Source: Prorocentrum cordatum (lineage: Eukaryota). Taken from it: a DNA stretch of 64,000 nt. Below are positions 12,851 through 25,935 of the stretch, one piece after another. The notes beneath the pieces are model-generated. The model made no database searches. It worked only from the letters and a program-made list of their open reading frames with translations, and had not been told where the DNA came from. Location of the stretch: assembly GCA_963575745.1 (NCBI GenBank), contig CAUYUJ010000181.1:1-64000 (forward strand), written 5' to 3'. The position numbers and the translations under genes were made by a program. The number at the start of each line of letters is the position of its first letter. The first letter of the stretch is position 1.

Positions 12851-15399
12851 ACGCATGCTCCCGGGCCAGCCCAACTGCGTGCTCTGGTCGCGTGGGTTGC
12901 CGATGGTCTCGGGGAGGACTGCGTAACGCTCCTAGCAAGAAGAAATGCTAGCTAACCGCCCGTTTTCTACGCTCATGATGAACTTCATCGTGACTCCCAG
13001 TCTGTCCTCTCAGGCGGCAACCGCTGGGGGCATGCCCATGGAGGAGTCCAGGCGCCACGCCACCTCTCTGATGCAAGCATGGACCAGCTGAAGTCGCGCA
13101 ACATACCCAGGCTCCAGGAGATTTGCTTTGCAAAAAAAAGCAAAGTAATCCGGAGACAACAAGCGCGGAAAGTCATCATGTCGGAGTGCGCGATCAAGGA
13201 AATAAGCGCTCCCACACCTACGCCCACTGAGGACTGGAACGAGAACCGAAGATGGCTCGATGCGAGGATCACTCCACGTGCCACTCCAGGGCGGATGCGC
13301 GAATAGAGCGGTCCAACCCTTCAGACGCGTGGAAATTCATATGCAAACGGTCCAGGCGGGCCCTGGAACAGGCAGCCGGGTGCTTGGGTTCACCTTGATC
13401 TAGCTCGTGCAGGCCGTGGGGACGAGCCAAGACAGCTTGAAACTAAGCTTCCTCGCCCAAGTCTCGGCAGCCGGAAAGGACCCTCGTCGTGAGAGACGTG
13501 CGGTCGTCCGGGTCGGAGGCGTCCTTGAAGTGGCCGCTCGACACGGTCAGGGCTCTGTCCATCGAGGAGACCCTGCAAGCCAAGCGATTGCGCAAGTGCG
13601 CCCGCAAAGCTGGGAAAGACATCGTCCGATCACGATGTTTATCAGAAGCGCTATGGAAGTCGCTCTCCGTAACCAGCCCAAACGCTTTCTGCCTAAAGCC
13701 CTTCCTGGCAACCAGATCCGCCCCGGCCCACCTGTTCTCTGTGTTAAAGTCTTTCCTAACCCCAAAACCCTTCCAAAACCAACGATGTTCGGTGTAAAAG
13801 CAATTATACCCCAACATCCTTCACAATGCAAGAATTTTCTTTGTAAAATCTTGCCTCGTCCCAAAGTCCTTCCCCGCCTTAGCGTTTTCTGTGCAAAGCC
13901 CACCCTAGCCCCATAATCTTTCCCAACCAAAATGCGCTCAAACGAGAAACCCTTCATAATCTCCAAACGCTCCCGAGTCCAATGTGTGTTTCAAACGCCT
14001 TCCAACCCCAACGGTCTGAGTTGAATTTCCCTGTGAATCGGAGACATGACTGGCAATTGTTCTTCGAATGTACATCAAAGCCACAAGTTTCTCTATAGGG
14101 CGCTTGCGCGCGGGCCTACATCATCAATGTTCGTTACCATTCTCGTTGTAACTGCCGACGCTGCGCGCTACAATAAATATGTCCTGAACCAATTAACGGT
14201 GCACCGTAGCGGCAACATAATACATAATACGAGGGTAACAATTGCCGCTTGATATTTTCCTTCAGCTTACTCGCGCGGGCCTTGTTCATATGCACCCGCG
14301 GCGCTCTCGCGAGAGGCGCTCTCGCAACTCAGCCAAGATGGTGTATGCCCAACTGCGACGACAACATTCACTCTCGACACGCCCTCGCACTGTACTCCGA
14401 AGCGCGTTGGCCAAAGACGGCGCCGCTCGCAGGAGTGACGCGCTAACCCGATACTGAATCGCATCTCAATCCGGGTGGTGCAAGCCCAGCTACGACGACA
14501 ACTGCTCCAAGTTTATACCCCCCTGCAATTTACTCCGAGGCGCCTTGGCCACAGAGGCCCCGCAACTCAGGAACAACGCTCTTGCCCGAGACGCCCTCGC
14601 AATGCATTCAAGTTGGTGAAACGACAACGGCTCCCGCTCAATTATTGCTCGTATATTATTTGCGCGGATCCGTGGGATGTGCATTATCACACTCAGGAGT
14701 AGCGCTCTCGCTCGAGACTTCCTTGCAAGCCGCTCATATGGATGAAAACCCAACTGCCACGACAACAACTCATGCTCAGTCACCCCCTGCAGGCCCCAGA
14801 GCTTAGGAACCGTGCTCTCTCCCGGTGCTTTCTCGCAGTTCGCACAACTTGATGAGTTGCCCGCGGGCGCGATAGCTCGCGCGATGGCCATGGCGCCGCG
14901 GTTCGCGCACAGAGGGCAATGTTGAATGTCTCCCCTAAGAGCTGGTCCGAGAAGATGCCCTCCCAAAAGCGGGTCGTTCATTGACTTAGCGGGCGGGTAC
15001 CAGGGGGAAGGAAAAACACAGGAAGCCAAGCCAGTTTGCTAGATCACATGTGAACCAAGTGGTCGTCTTCGTTGTGGTGGCGATCGTCGGCGTCGTCGGT
15101 TTCGCCGTCGTCGTCGTCGTCGTCGTCGTCTTCAGTGCCGTCGATGTCGTCGATGCCTTCGTCGGTGTCGTCAGTGTCTTCGTCGGTGCGGCTTTCGCTT
15201 CGCCTGGGGTGCGCTGGGCCAAGGGTTCTCTGCGCCTAGGGTTCGTTTCGCGGGGGGTCCGCTTCGCCAGCGCCGCGGCCATGCCCCACCAGATCCCCTC
15301 CTGCCCACAATGAAGAACCGACCACACATATGAACGCAACAACAACTGCGCGGCGCGAGCGAGGCAACGCGTGTGCGGCATGAAACGGACTCGCATGAC

Positions 15400-15830
15400 T
15401 GCAGAAGCATTGCTCCGAATAGCGGCCACATGCAAATATTTACAAGCATGTGCCACAAGCAATGAACGAGTGCACGCTGGATGTGTAAGACATGTGAAAG
15501 TGCAACCTATGTGGTGCCAACCACGTAAAGGAACATGTGCAAGCAATGTGTTACAAGCAGCCTGGTGCAATATGTAAAATGCAGCATGGGCAAAGTATGA
15601 GGAGCAATGTTTGATGCAAATAAGTACAATATATGTGATGCGTGCTGTTGGGTGCAAGCTATGTGGTGCAAGCTCTGTTGCGAAAGCTGTGTGGTGCAAC
15701 CTGACTGGAGTAGCCTATGTGGTGCAGGCTATGTGGTGCACCCTATGTGGTGCAAACTGTGGGTGCACACTATGTCGTACAGTCCATGCGATGCAATCTG
15801 TGGTGACCGCTATGTGATGCAAACTACAAA
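15400..15830. repeat. Degenerate ATGTGGTGCAA-type short-period satellite; reverse-complement blocks at ~40790-41030 and ~46840-46960
   Basis: Recurrent TATGTGGTGCAA / TTGCACCACAT. Confidence 0.75.
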
Positions 15831-18423
15831 ATTTGTTATAATAACGGGTGCCTACCGGGCGAAAGCTCGGCAAATCCAACCATACGAGGCACCCACGACG
15901 CGCCCCACGGTCGCCCACTGGGCGAACCTTCGCTGGCAGACCCTCCCACACGAGGCGCACACGAAACTCCCACGGGCGAAACCCGGGCAAACCCAACCAC
16001 TTACGCGGAGAAGTAAGGAAGAACTGCATAGTGCAAGCATCGTTTGGGGAACCTGCGCATTTGTGTATATTTCGGCCCCTCCATCAAAATACCTCATACA
16101 TGCAGACGACAGCATCGACATGCAATGCTCACGAACACGGAGAAAAACAGGGAAGGGATGCCATTAATCAGTGAGAAGCAAAGCGAAGCAGTCCCATGCC
16201 GCGTACATGGTCCCTGTCAACATCGTGGCGGACAACGGTCTGGGCCCCACCATGAATCCAGCACTGCGGGCGAGCGCGGGGAATCACACAAATGATGAGT
16301 GCAGCGGCAAATGGGATAACTTTGCTGATAGGACAACTAAAGTCTTAGTACTCACGCAAATGAGGAAACGCAACCGTGATTGTCAACCAATGTGGAAATC
16401 ATGTGTGCGCACAAACCTTCCGAACCTAACTGCCGTGGCATAGCCCCTGCCGCATGTGGCCAATCGGAAGCCTCAGAAAAGGAATATTCCCGAACAGTGA
16501 GAAAAGGCACTACATTCACAACGAGACCGCCCATACTGGATTTGGTATCCTTGGGAAAAATTCCACACGACCTTTCCTCCGAGCCAGTTTCCTGGAGCGG
16601 CTAAAAAAAACGCCATGCTGTTCTCAACTCCTTTCCATGCAGAGACGAATTGCTGCAAATCGTCCACGACTGCGAGATAGCGAACATGGATGGCAAGCCA
16701 AAGTTCCGTACTGGGTGGCACCTCAGGAGCATCTTGAAACAACCTTGCCTGTCTACGCGAACGGGGACGCTGGCATGCGATAGGATGCAGATGCGTATTC
16801 ACTTCGACGGGCCGCCGTATTCGAACACGCTGTGGGCGGTGTTTTTGCCACGGCCGACGGGTAACAAAACTTGGCCAGATGTGAGCGACCGTTTTCTTCT
16901 TTGTCGGGAGGGAAGGCGCCTCGTATGAAGAACGGTCGGCGCGTCGAGGCGTGCGGGCCTGCGCCCGTTCCCCCCGTCATGGGCCGACTGCCAGGGCATG
17001 CAGCTCATGCATTCGCTGTTCGGCTTGGCGGCCAGACGATGAGTTCCGCCGCGTTCCACGCGGCAGCAGGTCTTGACATCGGTCTTTTTGTTGCAACGTC
17101 GGGGGCGGCTGAAAGACGGTTGCGAGTACGGGGGGAACCGATTGTACGTAGAACTCGCGCTCGCATCACGGACGCTGCAGCAGGTTGCTTCGCGTGGCAC
17201 GCGGGCAACAAATCAAATCACAGACATCGGACACATCATATTCCCAAATGCTTAAGCTCTCGCAACAACAATTATTTCCAGCCTTGCTCTGGCATGGAAT
17301 TCATACCGAGCCAACATGGGATAGCACGACCACCTGTTCATTCACGACCAAACGTGAATTACGCCAGAATGTGACCACACGGATCCGACCGGTCGTGCGC
17401 AGGACCGTCTGTGCATAGAAAGGAATACCGACGAGATAGCGGAACCCCTAGACGTCAGCGTATCCAGAGATATGATCAAGCTCACCCAACGAATTTGCAA
17501 CGTTAACGACAATCGTCATATGAGTGTTCGGTATCTGGCATATATCCACAGATTCTGGTGGGGAGCCGTTCAAAGCGATACTATTCCGCCGAAGCACGTA
17601 AATAAAATCCAGCCACCGCCCAATGTGGTGGGTCAAGTGTCGCCAGTGGGAAAAGCATGACAAGGGTGCATGTGCAGCGTCTCCTTGAAATTACTGGGTA
17701 GAGGGCAGAAAATTGAGAAACGACATACTGAAACAACACCAAGCCAGTGCAGCGCGGTCAGGTGTGCACGCATTCTGTTTAGTGGCTACTCCAAGCCTCA
17801 AGCAATGCCTTGGCCTGCCAGGGAGCCTGAAAAGAAAACCGAACCTGCGAAAACCTTGTGAGTTCACGCTGCAAGTAAACACACGCCTTTAAAGACTCGT
17901 GCAACACTCGAGCACACATTGCGCGGAACCTGCCTCGCAACCCAACTGCTGTTCATATCTTTGGCACTGCAAACTTTGGCGAGCGAGCATCTCGCGAGGC
18001 GGGCCTCAACTTCTACGGTGTAGATAGCTGTGCAAATCTGTTTGAAGGGATTGGAGCCTGAACTGCCCCCAGAAAGCAGGCACTGTGAGAACACGAAGAG
18101 ACACGGATAAGCGAAGAGGCCTCCAACATAATTTGAGCTCCCGCGCTCCAGCTGGAAAGGCCTGGTGGATCTGTTGAGGATGGGCTCGCGACTGCCAGTG
18201 CGAATCGATCCTCGCAGTATACTCTGCGAGAGGATCGGCTGATGCACGCCACCATGGGGCCCCACGGGTGTGCAGCCCGCAGCGGCACGCCGAAGGCCGC
18301 AATCGCTCAGGCACGCGCAGAGCTCCTTCGCGACTGTGTCCCCGCTCGGGCGGGACGAGGGAACGGCTGGCAATACCCCACGAGGTGCAGAGCGCCCTGG
18401 TCTGTCTTCAAAGTAAGGGTAGC

Positions 18424-18612
18424 ACTAAGTCGGGCCTGTCCCCCTACAGGGGGATATTCGACGACAAATGCAAAATACCCCAACAATAATCAAACAGTAA
18501 TGAAAAAATAGTCTGGGGACTATTTTTTGAATATTTTTTGATCATCTTGGGGCATTTGTTGGGTATTCTTATTTTTCGTCGAAAATCCCCCTGTAGGGGG
18601 ACACGCCCGACT
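18424..18612. mobile_element. MITE with ~38-bp TIRs and a 10-bp direct repeat; same family as PDE intron 63435-63691
   Basis: TIR AGTCGGGC(C/G)TGTCCCCCTACAGGGGGAT(A/T)TTCGACGA; TAAGGGTAGC at 18414-18423 and 18613-18622. Confidence 0.9.
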
Positions 18613-19939
18613 TAAGGGTAGCCCGTGCCTTCGTCTGCGGATCACCACGAAGACTGCGGTGCGCAAGCCCAAGGACATGAGGCCGGCAGAGACTGACCCT
18701 TGGCCACCTGGATAGAATGCAGTGCCTGGCCGAACGTCGGCCCACGCCTATGATCCTTGCTGGTGACAAGAGCCTGTTCCTGGACAGATCCTGAAGACTG
18801 TACGCGTTGGTGTTGTACCGAACTCAACCATTGTTTGCTGGCGACGCGTTTCGGGCGCCGGGTCCTAATCAGGGCCTGAAGCAGTTGGGGTAAGCGCGTA
18901 CTGTGCAGCGCGAGAGCACGGCACCAAGAAGTCGTTTAGCCACTGTGGGCGCAGGGAGTATCTTCCAACGAGCTTCATCGCAACAACAAGACACGACTGA
19001 TAAATCCGTCACCTTCCGAGTGACAAGTCCAACCGCCGTGCGATATACTGTGCAGGACAAAATGCGCATGGCAATACCACACTGCGCAAGTGATAGCAGC
19101 GTGGACCAGCATCCAGAGGCCACCCTGCGTCAAACCTGATGAGCAACTACTTGCGAGAGACTTGTTGGAATCCACTCCAAAACAAAAGTCTCAGCAGCGG
19201 AAGCCCGTGCTGTGCGCCGTGGTGTCTCACGCGCATTGCCTGACTCATGGTGGTGGCGACCGCTACGATCCCCAAATGCAACGCCTGCTTGCGAACATGC
19301 GACCTTGCCAAGAAGCCGCCTGAAAATACACCGACCCTTCGGCGTGTGGAAGACGCTGTCGTCGCCGTCATCGTCGCCGTCGTCAATCTCAAGGGGATTG
19401 GAAAACTAGGGAAAAGAAGAAGCCCCTTCCCTTTCTCCCTCCCCTGCCGGGGAGGGGGGGGGGGAAGGGGGGAAAGGGGGGGGGGGTCCCGGGTCAGAAT
19501 TCCCCCGGGGTCCAGGCGGGCCCCGGCGGGGGGTCGCCAGCGGGGATCCTGGCGGAGGTCCCGCCTTCAGATAGTCGGCGGCATCGGCCGTGAGGCCTAC
19601 CTCGGCGAGAGTGCCCCATACTCGAGAAAGTCGTCATGGCCATCGCTGGCGCACGACTCTGACGACGGCGAGCATGACGATGCGGATGATGCTGGTGGCG
19701 GTGGTGGTGATGCTCGCGACGATGGCGAACAAGACGATTCGTGGGTGGACGAAGTCCCCGTTAGCGAAAAACGCTCTTCGTGAAAACGACCCGGGGCCAG
19801 ACTCCCCGGCGGGCGCAGGCCCGCCACCGCTGCGGCCGCGACGCCCTCTCGAGGGCCGGTAGAAAGGGCAGCTCGCCGATCGCCTTGGCAGGGTGGGAGT
19901 TTCCTCTCAACCTCCGAACCCTGTCCACCCCAGGTGTGA

Positions 19940-20125
19940 GAAGAAGAAAAAGCGCCATAAACAGAAACCGTTGGCGCTCCGCGCGGAGCTGCTGGATCTG
20001 CGCTGGACCCCCCTCCCTGGCGCGCGGAGCGCGCCAGCGGCGGCGCCAGAGGCGCAGCCGGGGGGGGGGGGCCCAGCGCGGATCCGAGAGAACCGCGCGG
20101 AGCGCCGAAAATTCTTCTTCTTCTT
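19940..20125. mobile_element. GC-rich palindromic MITE (family P); copies at ~22860-22990, 59525-59722, 59960-60160, 61050-61260, 62790-63020
   Basis: Arms CATAAAC..CGCGCGGA..TTGGATCCGCGCTGGACCCCC and the reverse complement around a GGCGCC-rich core. Confidence 0.85.
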
Positions 20126-21224
20126 CTTCTTCGTCGTCTTCTTCTTCTTCTGCTTCGTCTTCTTCTTCTCTTCGAGATATCCTGTTTCCGGGCCGCGGCC
20201 CCATGGGGGAGGTCCCGACCGCTCTCCCCGGGGATGGCTTCTGCCTCCCGTGCAGCTCCAGCTCTCTGTTGGCCCCGGCGCTCGACGGCGGGCCCCACGA
20301 GGCCGGCATCAAAAAAGAGAGAGAACACGCTGGCTGCAAACGACGGGCAAATTCTCCACCACCGCTACCACATGTAGGACGGGGGAGAAGGGGGGAGGAG
20401 GTCCTCCTCCTCCTCCTCCTCCTCCTCCTCCTCCTCCTCCTCCTCCTCCTCCTCCTCCTCCTCCTACCTATGGTCGTGGTGGTGGAAAATGGGCCCATCA
20501 GCAAACCTGAGGCCGTCGAAGATCTGGGAGCGAGTGACAGTGACGAAGATGACGGCCAGTCTCTCCCGCTGCGCTCCGCGACGGGGCGGGCCCACCCCGC
20601 GGCTTACGTTGCACCCTCGGGGGACCTCGCCTGTCCCGTCACGGCCCTGTCCGCGTCGCATCCGCGCCGAGCCCGTGTCGGCCTCGTCGGATGCGTGCCG
20701 AGCCCGCGTCGAACCCGCGCAGGATCCGCGTCGAAGCCGCATCGAGCCCGCGTCGGGCACGAGCAGCGACGCGAATTCCTTTGGGGGGCAAGCGAGGCCC
20801 CGGGCGCTCCCGGAGCGGAGCCTGGCGGCCCGGAGCGGTCATCTTCGGGGTTCCGAGGGCCAGTCGGGGAGGTGGGGGAGGAGGAGGAGGAGGAGGAGGA
20901 GGAGGAGGAGGAGGAGGAGGAGGAGGAGGAGGAGGAGGAGGAGGAGGAGCAGGAGGAGGAGGAGGAGGAGGAGGAGGAGGAGGAGGCCCCCCGAGGGATG
21001 CCACGCAGCCTGGCGGGCCCGCCCCCCGAGGCGCACGCAGCAGCGGCCCACAGCAGCGCCGCGGCACGGACCCAGGCCCGAGGTGCCCGCTCCCGCGGCG
21101 GGCCGAGGCGCCCCGCGCGGGGCGGGGCGGAGGCGCTCGTGCGCCCGGGGGGGGGGGGGCAGCGAACGTTAGGAGGCAACTACTGGGAGGTTTTCGTCGG
21201 AAAGATTAAAAAGGATTTAGCCCC

Positions 21225-21380
21225 GTTTGGGAGCTGTTACGCCGGAGTGGGCCTCGCACTGAGCTGGATTAAGCGGAATTAAGCCCCATTTGGGAGCTGT
21301 TACGCAGGATTCAGCCGGATTAAGCGGGATTAGGCGGGATTAAGCTGGATTAAGCGGAATCAAGCCGGATTTAGCCGGAC
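21225..21380. repeat. ~10-bp tandem repeat GGATTAAGC(G/C)
   Basis: Directly visible. Confidence 0.8.
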
Positions 21381-22566
21381 TTCGGACCAGGGCAAAATCA
21401 GAATTTGACCTCCCAGGAGTTGCATCCGAGCGAACGGGGGGGGGCGGCAGCTTTAACAAGTGGCGCGCAGAGGGGGGTATGGCGGAGGGGGAAGGCTTCC
21501 TATCGGCTGCACGCAAGAGCGACCCTTGGCAAGAGGGGCCTTTGGTGCGCGGCTTGTGGGGGGGGCCCGCGGGGTGGCCAAACACGGGCGCGCAAGGCGC
21601 TGCTGTCGCATCGCGTTCGGCGATCGGGGGGCCCCACTGTCCCCGCACCAGAGGTCACTCCGGCGAAAGGTCACTCTTACGTGTAGTCGATCTTAGAAGG
21701 AGACTGCTCCTTAGAAGGCGCCGGCCTTACATGTACAGACAAGGCCCGCCGCTTCTAAGGAGCACGGGGTGCTTCTAAGAAGCCTTCCCCCCTCCCCCAC
21801 CTCTGCGTGTGGCCGATGTAAGACGAAACCATGACGAGGATAACAATTGAACAGGGACCGACCGGCCCAGCATTCCTGTGGACCTACCAAGGCGTGTTCT
21901 GAGAGCCCAGAGGTGTTCGAATCACAAGAGCAATGTTCATAGAACGTAGACCCGATGTGTCGGCACAAGACAGTCTCGACGAGAAAGGTTCTAAGAGTCG
22001 CGCAGACCACCAAGGTTTTTGGAACATTATTTGGTGGGCCTATCGGCAAGCCGGGACGCTTCGCCACTGCTTCAAACGGGGGGCGGCGGCAGCTCTGTGA
22101 CAAAGCCACGACGAGGATCACATCGTGCGAGGAGAAGTCAAAGATATATGATACCCGGCGGCTCGGAGGGATGTCTCGGGCGCCGCGGCCTTCTCAAGGG
22201 CGTCCTGGAAAGCTCTGGAACGGCGCCTCTCGGAAGCCTCACGACAGCAGGCCTGCGGAGATGCCTCTGGGCCCTTCGGGGGCCGCCACGTGCCGCCCTC
22301 CGCGCCCCACCCCCTCGGGCGCGTCACCAGGCATGGGGCGGCGAGATCTACACATACAGTATAAAGGGGCCCCACCACAGGAAGCCTTTCCGCAAGAAGC
22401 CCGAACCTGAGACCCCAGGACGTCCATCGACTTTTGGTGTGGGCACGCCACGCTTTCCACGGCACAACCCTCGAAGCCCGAGAAACCCAGGGCACCCTGG
22501 AGGCAAGCAGGGCGGAGCCCAAGAATGTTGTCATCCCTGAAGGGCTCAGAATCGATTCCCGCTGTC

Positions 22567-22762
22567 AGCGGCGAGCGAGGGGGGGAAGTGAGAAGGAGGA
22601 GGCCTTTTCAGAAGGCGGCGGGACCTCTCAGAAGCGCTCCGGCCTTCTGAGAAGTTTTCTGCGTCTCCGGGGAAGGCTCCGAGAACTTCTTGGAAGGCCG
22701 GGGCCTCCCGAGACTTCCGAGAAGGCCTTCTTCTTTTCGCTTCCCCCCCAGGCTCGCCGCCG
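22567..22762. mobile_element. Palindromic ~195-bp MITE; second copy at ~46608-46807
   Basis: Ends CGGCGAGCGAGGGGGG..GAGAAGG and CCTTCT..TTCCCCCC..GCTCGCCGCCG; repeated TTCTGAGAAG/TCGGAAGG motifs. Confidence 0.75.
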
Positions 22763-23863
22763 AGCTGTCATCCCTGCAGGCCTGGAAGAACTGATTCCGG
22801 CTGGCTTCCGCGGGAGTCCGCTGGACGAGGCGCCCAATCGTCTTGCTTCCGCCACCCTGGCACTGGACCCACCTCCCTGGCGCGCGGAGCGCGCCAGGGG
22901 CGGCGCCGGAGGCGCCGCCAAGGGGGGCCCAGCGCGCATCCAAGAAATCCGCGCGGAGCGCCAAAAGTTTACGTTTATGCGTTTTTTTCCTGGCTCGATC
23001 ATTGTTTCCGGCTGGCTTCCGCGGGAGTCCGCCGGACGAGGCGCCCGATCGTCTCTGCTGCCGCCGCCCTCCGCCCGCCGCTCCCGCCGAGGGAGGGGGC
23101 GCGCCGCTGGCCTCGATGTGCCTCTCGGAGGCGGGGCCCTTCCTGGAGCACGCCAGGCGCAGACTGGGGAGACGTGAGTGAAAGGGGCCCTGGGACACAC
23201 AAATATATACACACAGAGAAAAAGATCCCCCATATTTTTTCACATTTACTGGGTTTTCGTCTTCCCCCCCACTGCCCATGCTTTCCCATATTTTCCTGGG
23301 GATGGACGATTAATTGTGTCTGTGCGTTTCTTCCCCTCCTGAGTAAGACTCGTCGGGGGACTCGGGTGGAGCAGCGGCCGGCCGTCCTGGCATTCCTATA
23401 TAGGCCTACCACGACATGTTCTCAGAACCCAGAGCTGCTCTAAGAACAATCAACAGTGCAACGCCGATGTGTCAAAACAGGACCGTCTCAACCAGACAGG
23501 TTGTTCTAAGCCCATGCCGCGCAGACCACAAGAGGATCCTAGAGCATTCTTTGGTGGGCCTATGTGCGATCCCCGACGCTTCGTCACTGCTTGAGTAAGA
23601 CTCGTGCTCGGGGGACTCGGGGGTTCGCCCGACGGGGCCATCATGAGAATGACGAGACCCGGTCTGTAATTTGACGCGAGCTCCCGCTGCAGACACCCCA
23701 CGAAAACCGGACCGTCAGAATCCAGGACGCGCTCGGCAGCAAGCGGCGGCAAACCCGAGTTCTGGCGCGCACCAGAGTCCTACGTTTCCCCCGTCGTCGC
23801 CCCAAGGTCTGACCTTCACCTCAGGCCTGGCGCTCGCAGGGCGGCCGGCTCGGAGTCATCACG

Positions 23864-24091
23864 TCATCGAGGCGTCCTCCAGGCGTCCCTGACGTCGGGC
23901 GGCCCTCCCCCTGGCCGCCCGGCCGCCTCGTCCTCACCGCCGGCGCGCTGCTCCACCGTCTCCCGCCCGTCGTCCTCGGCCTCGTCCTCCAAGGAGGCCA
24001 TCTTGCCCGCAGTCACGTGCCCGTGCTGCTTCACCAGTGCAGCCCAGCTCTCCCTGTTCACCCTGAGGTTGCTCAGCAAGGTGTCGGCCAC
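23864..24091 (-). CDS. Cyclic nucleotide phosphodiesterase, probable terminal exon
   Basis: Pyrimidine tract + CAG|GTG acceptor. Encodes VADTLLSNLRVNRESWAALVKQHG...*, matching the PDE C-terminal helix L..NL..N...W. Phase 0 fits exon 60469-60586. Confidence 0.75.
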   Translation of the reverse strand: MADTLLSNLRVNRESWAALVKQHGHVTAGKMASLEDEAEDDGRETVEQRAGGEDEAAGRPGGGPPDVRDAWRTPR

Positions 24092-24824
24092 CTGCCGAGG
24101 AGGGCCGAGGAGGGAGAGGAGCGGCTGGCGTGGCTGGCGGATCGCCCTCGTGGCCTGTTGAAGGGGCGAGGGAGGGCGAGGAGGAGGGCTCCTGGAGGGG
24201 GACGGGCAGGAGGCCAGGGGGAATGAGGACGGTGCGCGAGGATCAGAGGAGGTGGCGGAAGAGAAGGCAGAGGAGAATCTTAAGAAGGAAGATCAGAAGG
24301 AGGTCCTCCTCCTCATCCTCCTTCTCGCTACTCCTCCTCAGGAGGAGGAGCAGGAGGGAGAAGAAGAGGAGGAGGAAGAGGAGGAGGAGGAGGAGGAGGG
24401 AGAGGAGGAAGAGGAGGAGGAGTAAGAGGAATAGGAATAACCCTGGGGCGCCCGAAATCTCGCCAGCGGGCCTGAAGCGGGAACGCCTCGGTTCGAGCAT
24501 TGCTCGGCAGAACGATACACACAAGCGTGCAGGCCAGCGCCGCTGTGGGCTGGCACGGGCATGGTTGCGTAGCCTGCGGCGCGCAGCCTGTGGCTGCCAC
24601 CGTCAGCACCATCCCCTGGGAGAGAACCTTGCCTGGGGAGGCGCGCAGCTTCATAGCAAAGGGATGGACCCAGGCGAGGACGGCGAAGGGAGGAAGAGCA
24701 GCCCACAAGGGAACTGCAGTCCCCCTCCTTTCCCAGCGCTCTCCACCTGGAACCCTGCCCCCTGGCAGCTCCCCTGCCCCGGCGGGCGGGGGGCCTAGGA
24801 AGCTCCACCGCTGGCCCAGCTTCG

Positions 24825-24995
24825 CGGGCTCAAGGCCAGGAGGGGAGGCCACCAGAGGAGGGGGCGGGGGCTCAAGGCCAGGAGGGGAGACCACTGTGGG
24901 GTGGAGGTGAGGCGGGGGCTCAAGGCCAGAAAGCGCACTGCGGGGTGGAGGTGAGGCGGGGGCTCAAGGCCAGGAGGGGAGACCACCAGGAGGAG
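24825..24995. repeat. Four ~45-bp tandem units with the core GGGCTCAAGGCCAG
   Basis: Directly visible. Confidence 0.85.
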
Positions 24996-25059
24996 TGAGG
25001 AGAATGGGCACTGCACGGCCGGCCGACCCAGCGCACGCGCCTGGCAACGTGCTCAGACG

Positions 25060-25935
25060 AGAGCCCTGCCGCCAGCAGCGCCCGTGCTCTCTCGCCGAGC
25101 CTCCTGTGGACGGCGCCACCAGCCGACGCAGCACGAGCACGGGCACTGGGGCCTCCTCCTCCTCCTCCTCCTCCTCCTCCTCCTCCTCCCCTACGTCGCC
25201 GCGTCGAGGCACCCCTGCGCCCGTCCTCACAAACGCGCCTCGGGGGCGCGCCGACGGCCTCTCGACCCCGCCCTCTGCGCCTTCGGCGACGCGCGGAGCC
25301 CCTGGAGAAGGACCCCCCCGCCGTCGGGAGCCCGCCGCTCGCGGGGAACTGCGCCTCGGCCATCTCCGAGCCAGCCGTCCCGTGCTTGCTCTCGAGACGC
25401 CGGATCCTGCAATGACGAACAATATCTGACGGCTCCTCGGGGCACCGCATCGAGCGCACCGCCCTCTCCCGATACCTCTTCAGGGCGATGCGATCCGGCG
25501 GGAGCTCCGTCCAGCCCCCGAGGTCCGCGCCCCACTCCACCCTGGCCGCGAAGGCCAGAAGGTGCGGCGGACAGCGCTTCTTCTTGGTGTTGGACGTGTT
25601 GTTTTCCTTCTGGGCCTGCTTCTCCTTCCCCCTCTCCTGCTGGGCCTCCGCGTTGAATGCCTGGTTCTCCTCGAACATCCGTTCCACCACTTTCGAATCG
25701 AGCGGCGCCAACCACGTGTCGTAGACGGCGCCGATGAGCGCCCGCAGCTCCGCCTCGCCGGCGAGCGCCAGCTTGGCCAGCACGACGACCAGCTCGTCTA
25801 TGAACTGCTTGCGAGCGGCGGCGCCCTTCTGCTTAAATGCGTCATCGCCTCCTGCGCCACCGTCTCCGTTCTTGGCCGACTTCGTCGGTGGAGGAACGTC
25901 GCCCTGCGACGCCATCCAAGCGGGGCGCGACATCG
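25060..25935 (-). pseudogene. Decayed hypothetical protein, possibly ORF1-like cargo of a retroelement
   Basis: Complex helical ORF (DELVVVLAKLAL..ELRAL..VYDTWLAP..PPHL..VRHCR) with GC3-biased codons; 3' part disrupted by a (CCT)n tract; function unassigned. Confidence 0.45.

Larger units (their letters stand above)
12950..19320 (-). mobile_element. Highly decayed LINE (APE endonuclease + RT), split by later insertions at ~13390-16020 and 18424-18612
   Basis: Ordered motif relics across frames: GSSNYVGG, VEARL, FQGDAAH, THHIGRWLDF, LDH (endonuclease, ~18150-17470); ASYR, MRQG, FMVGP..SA.M (RT, ~16950-16200); AYEF (~13340). Confidence 0.5.
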
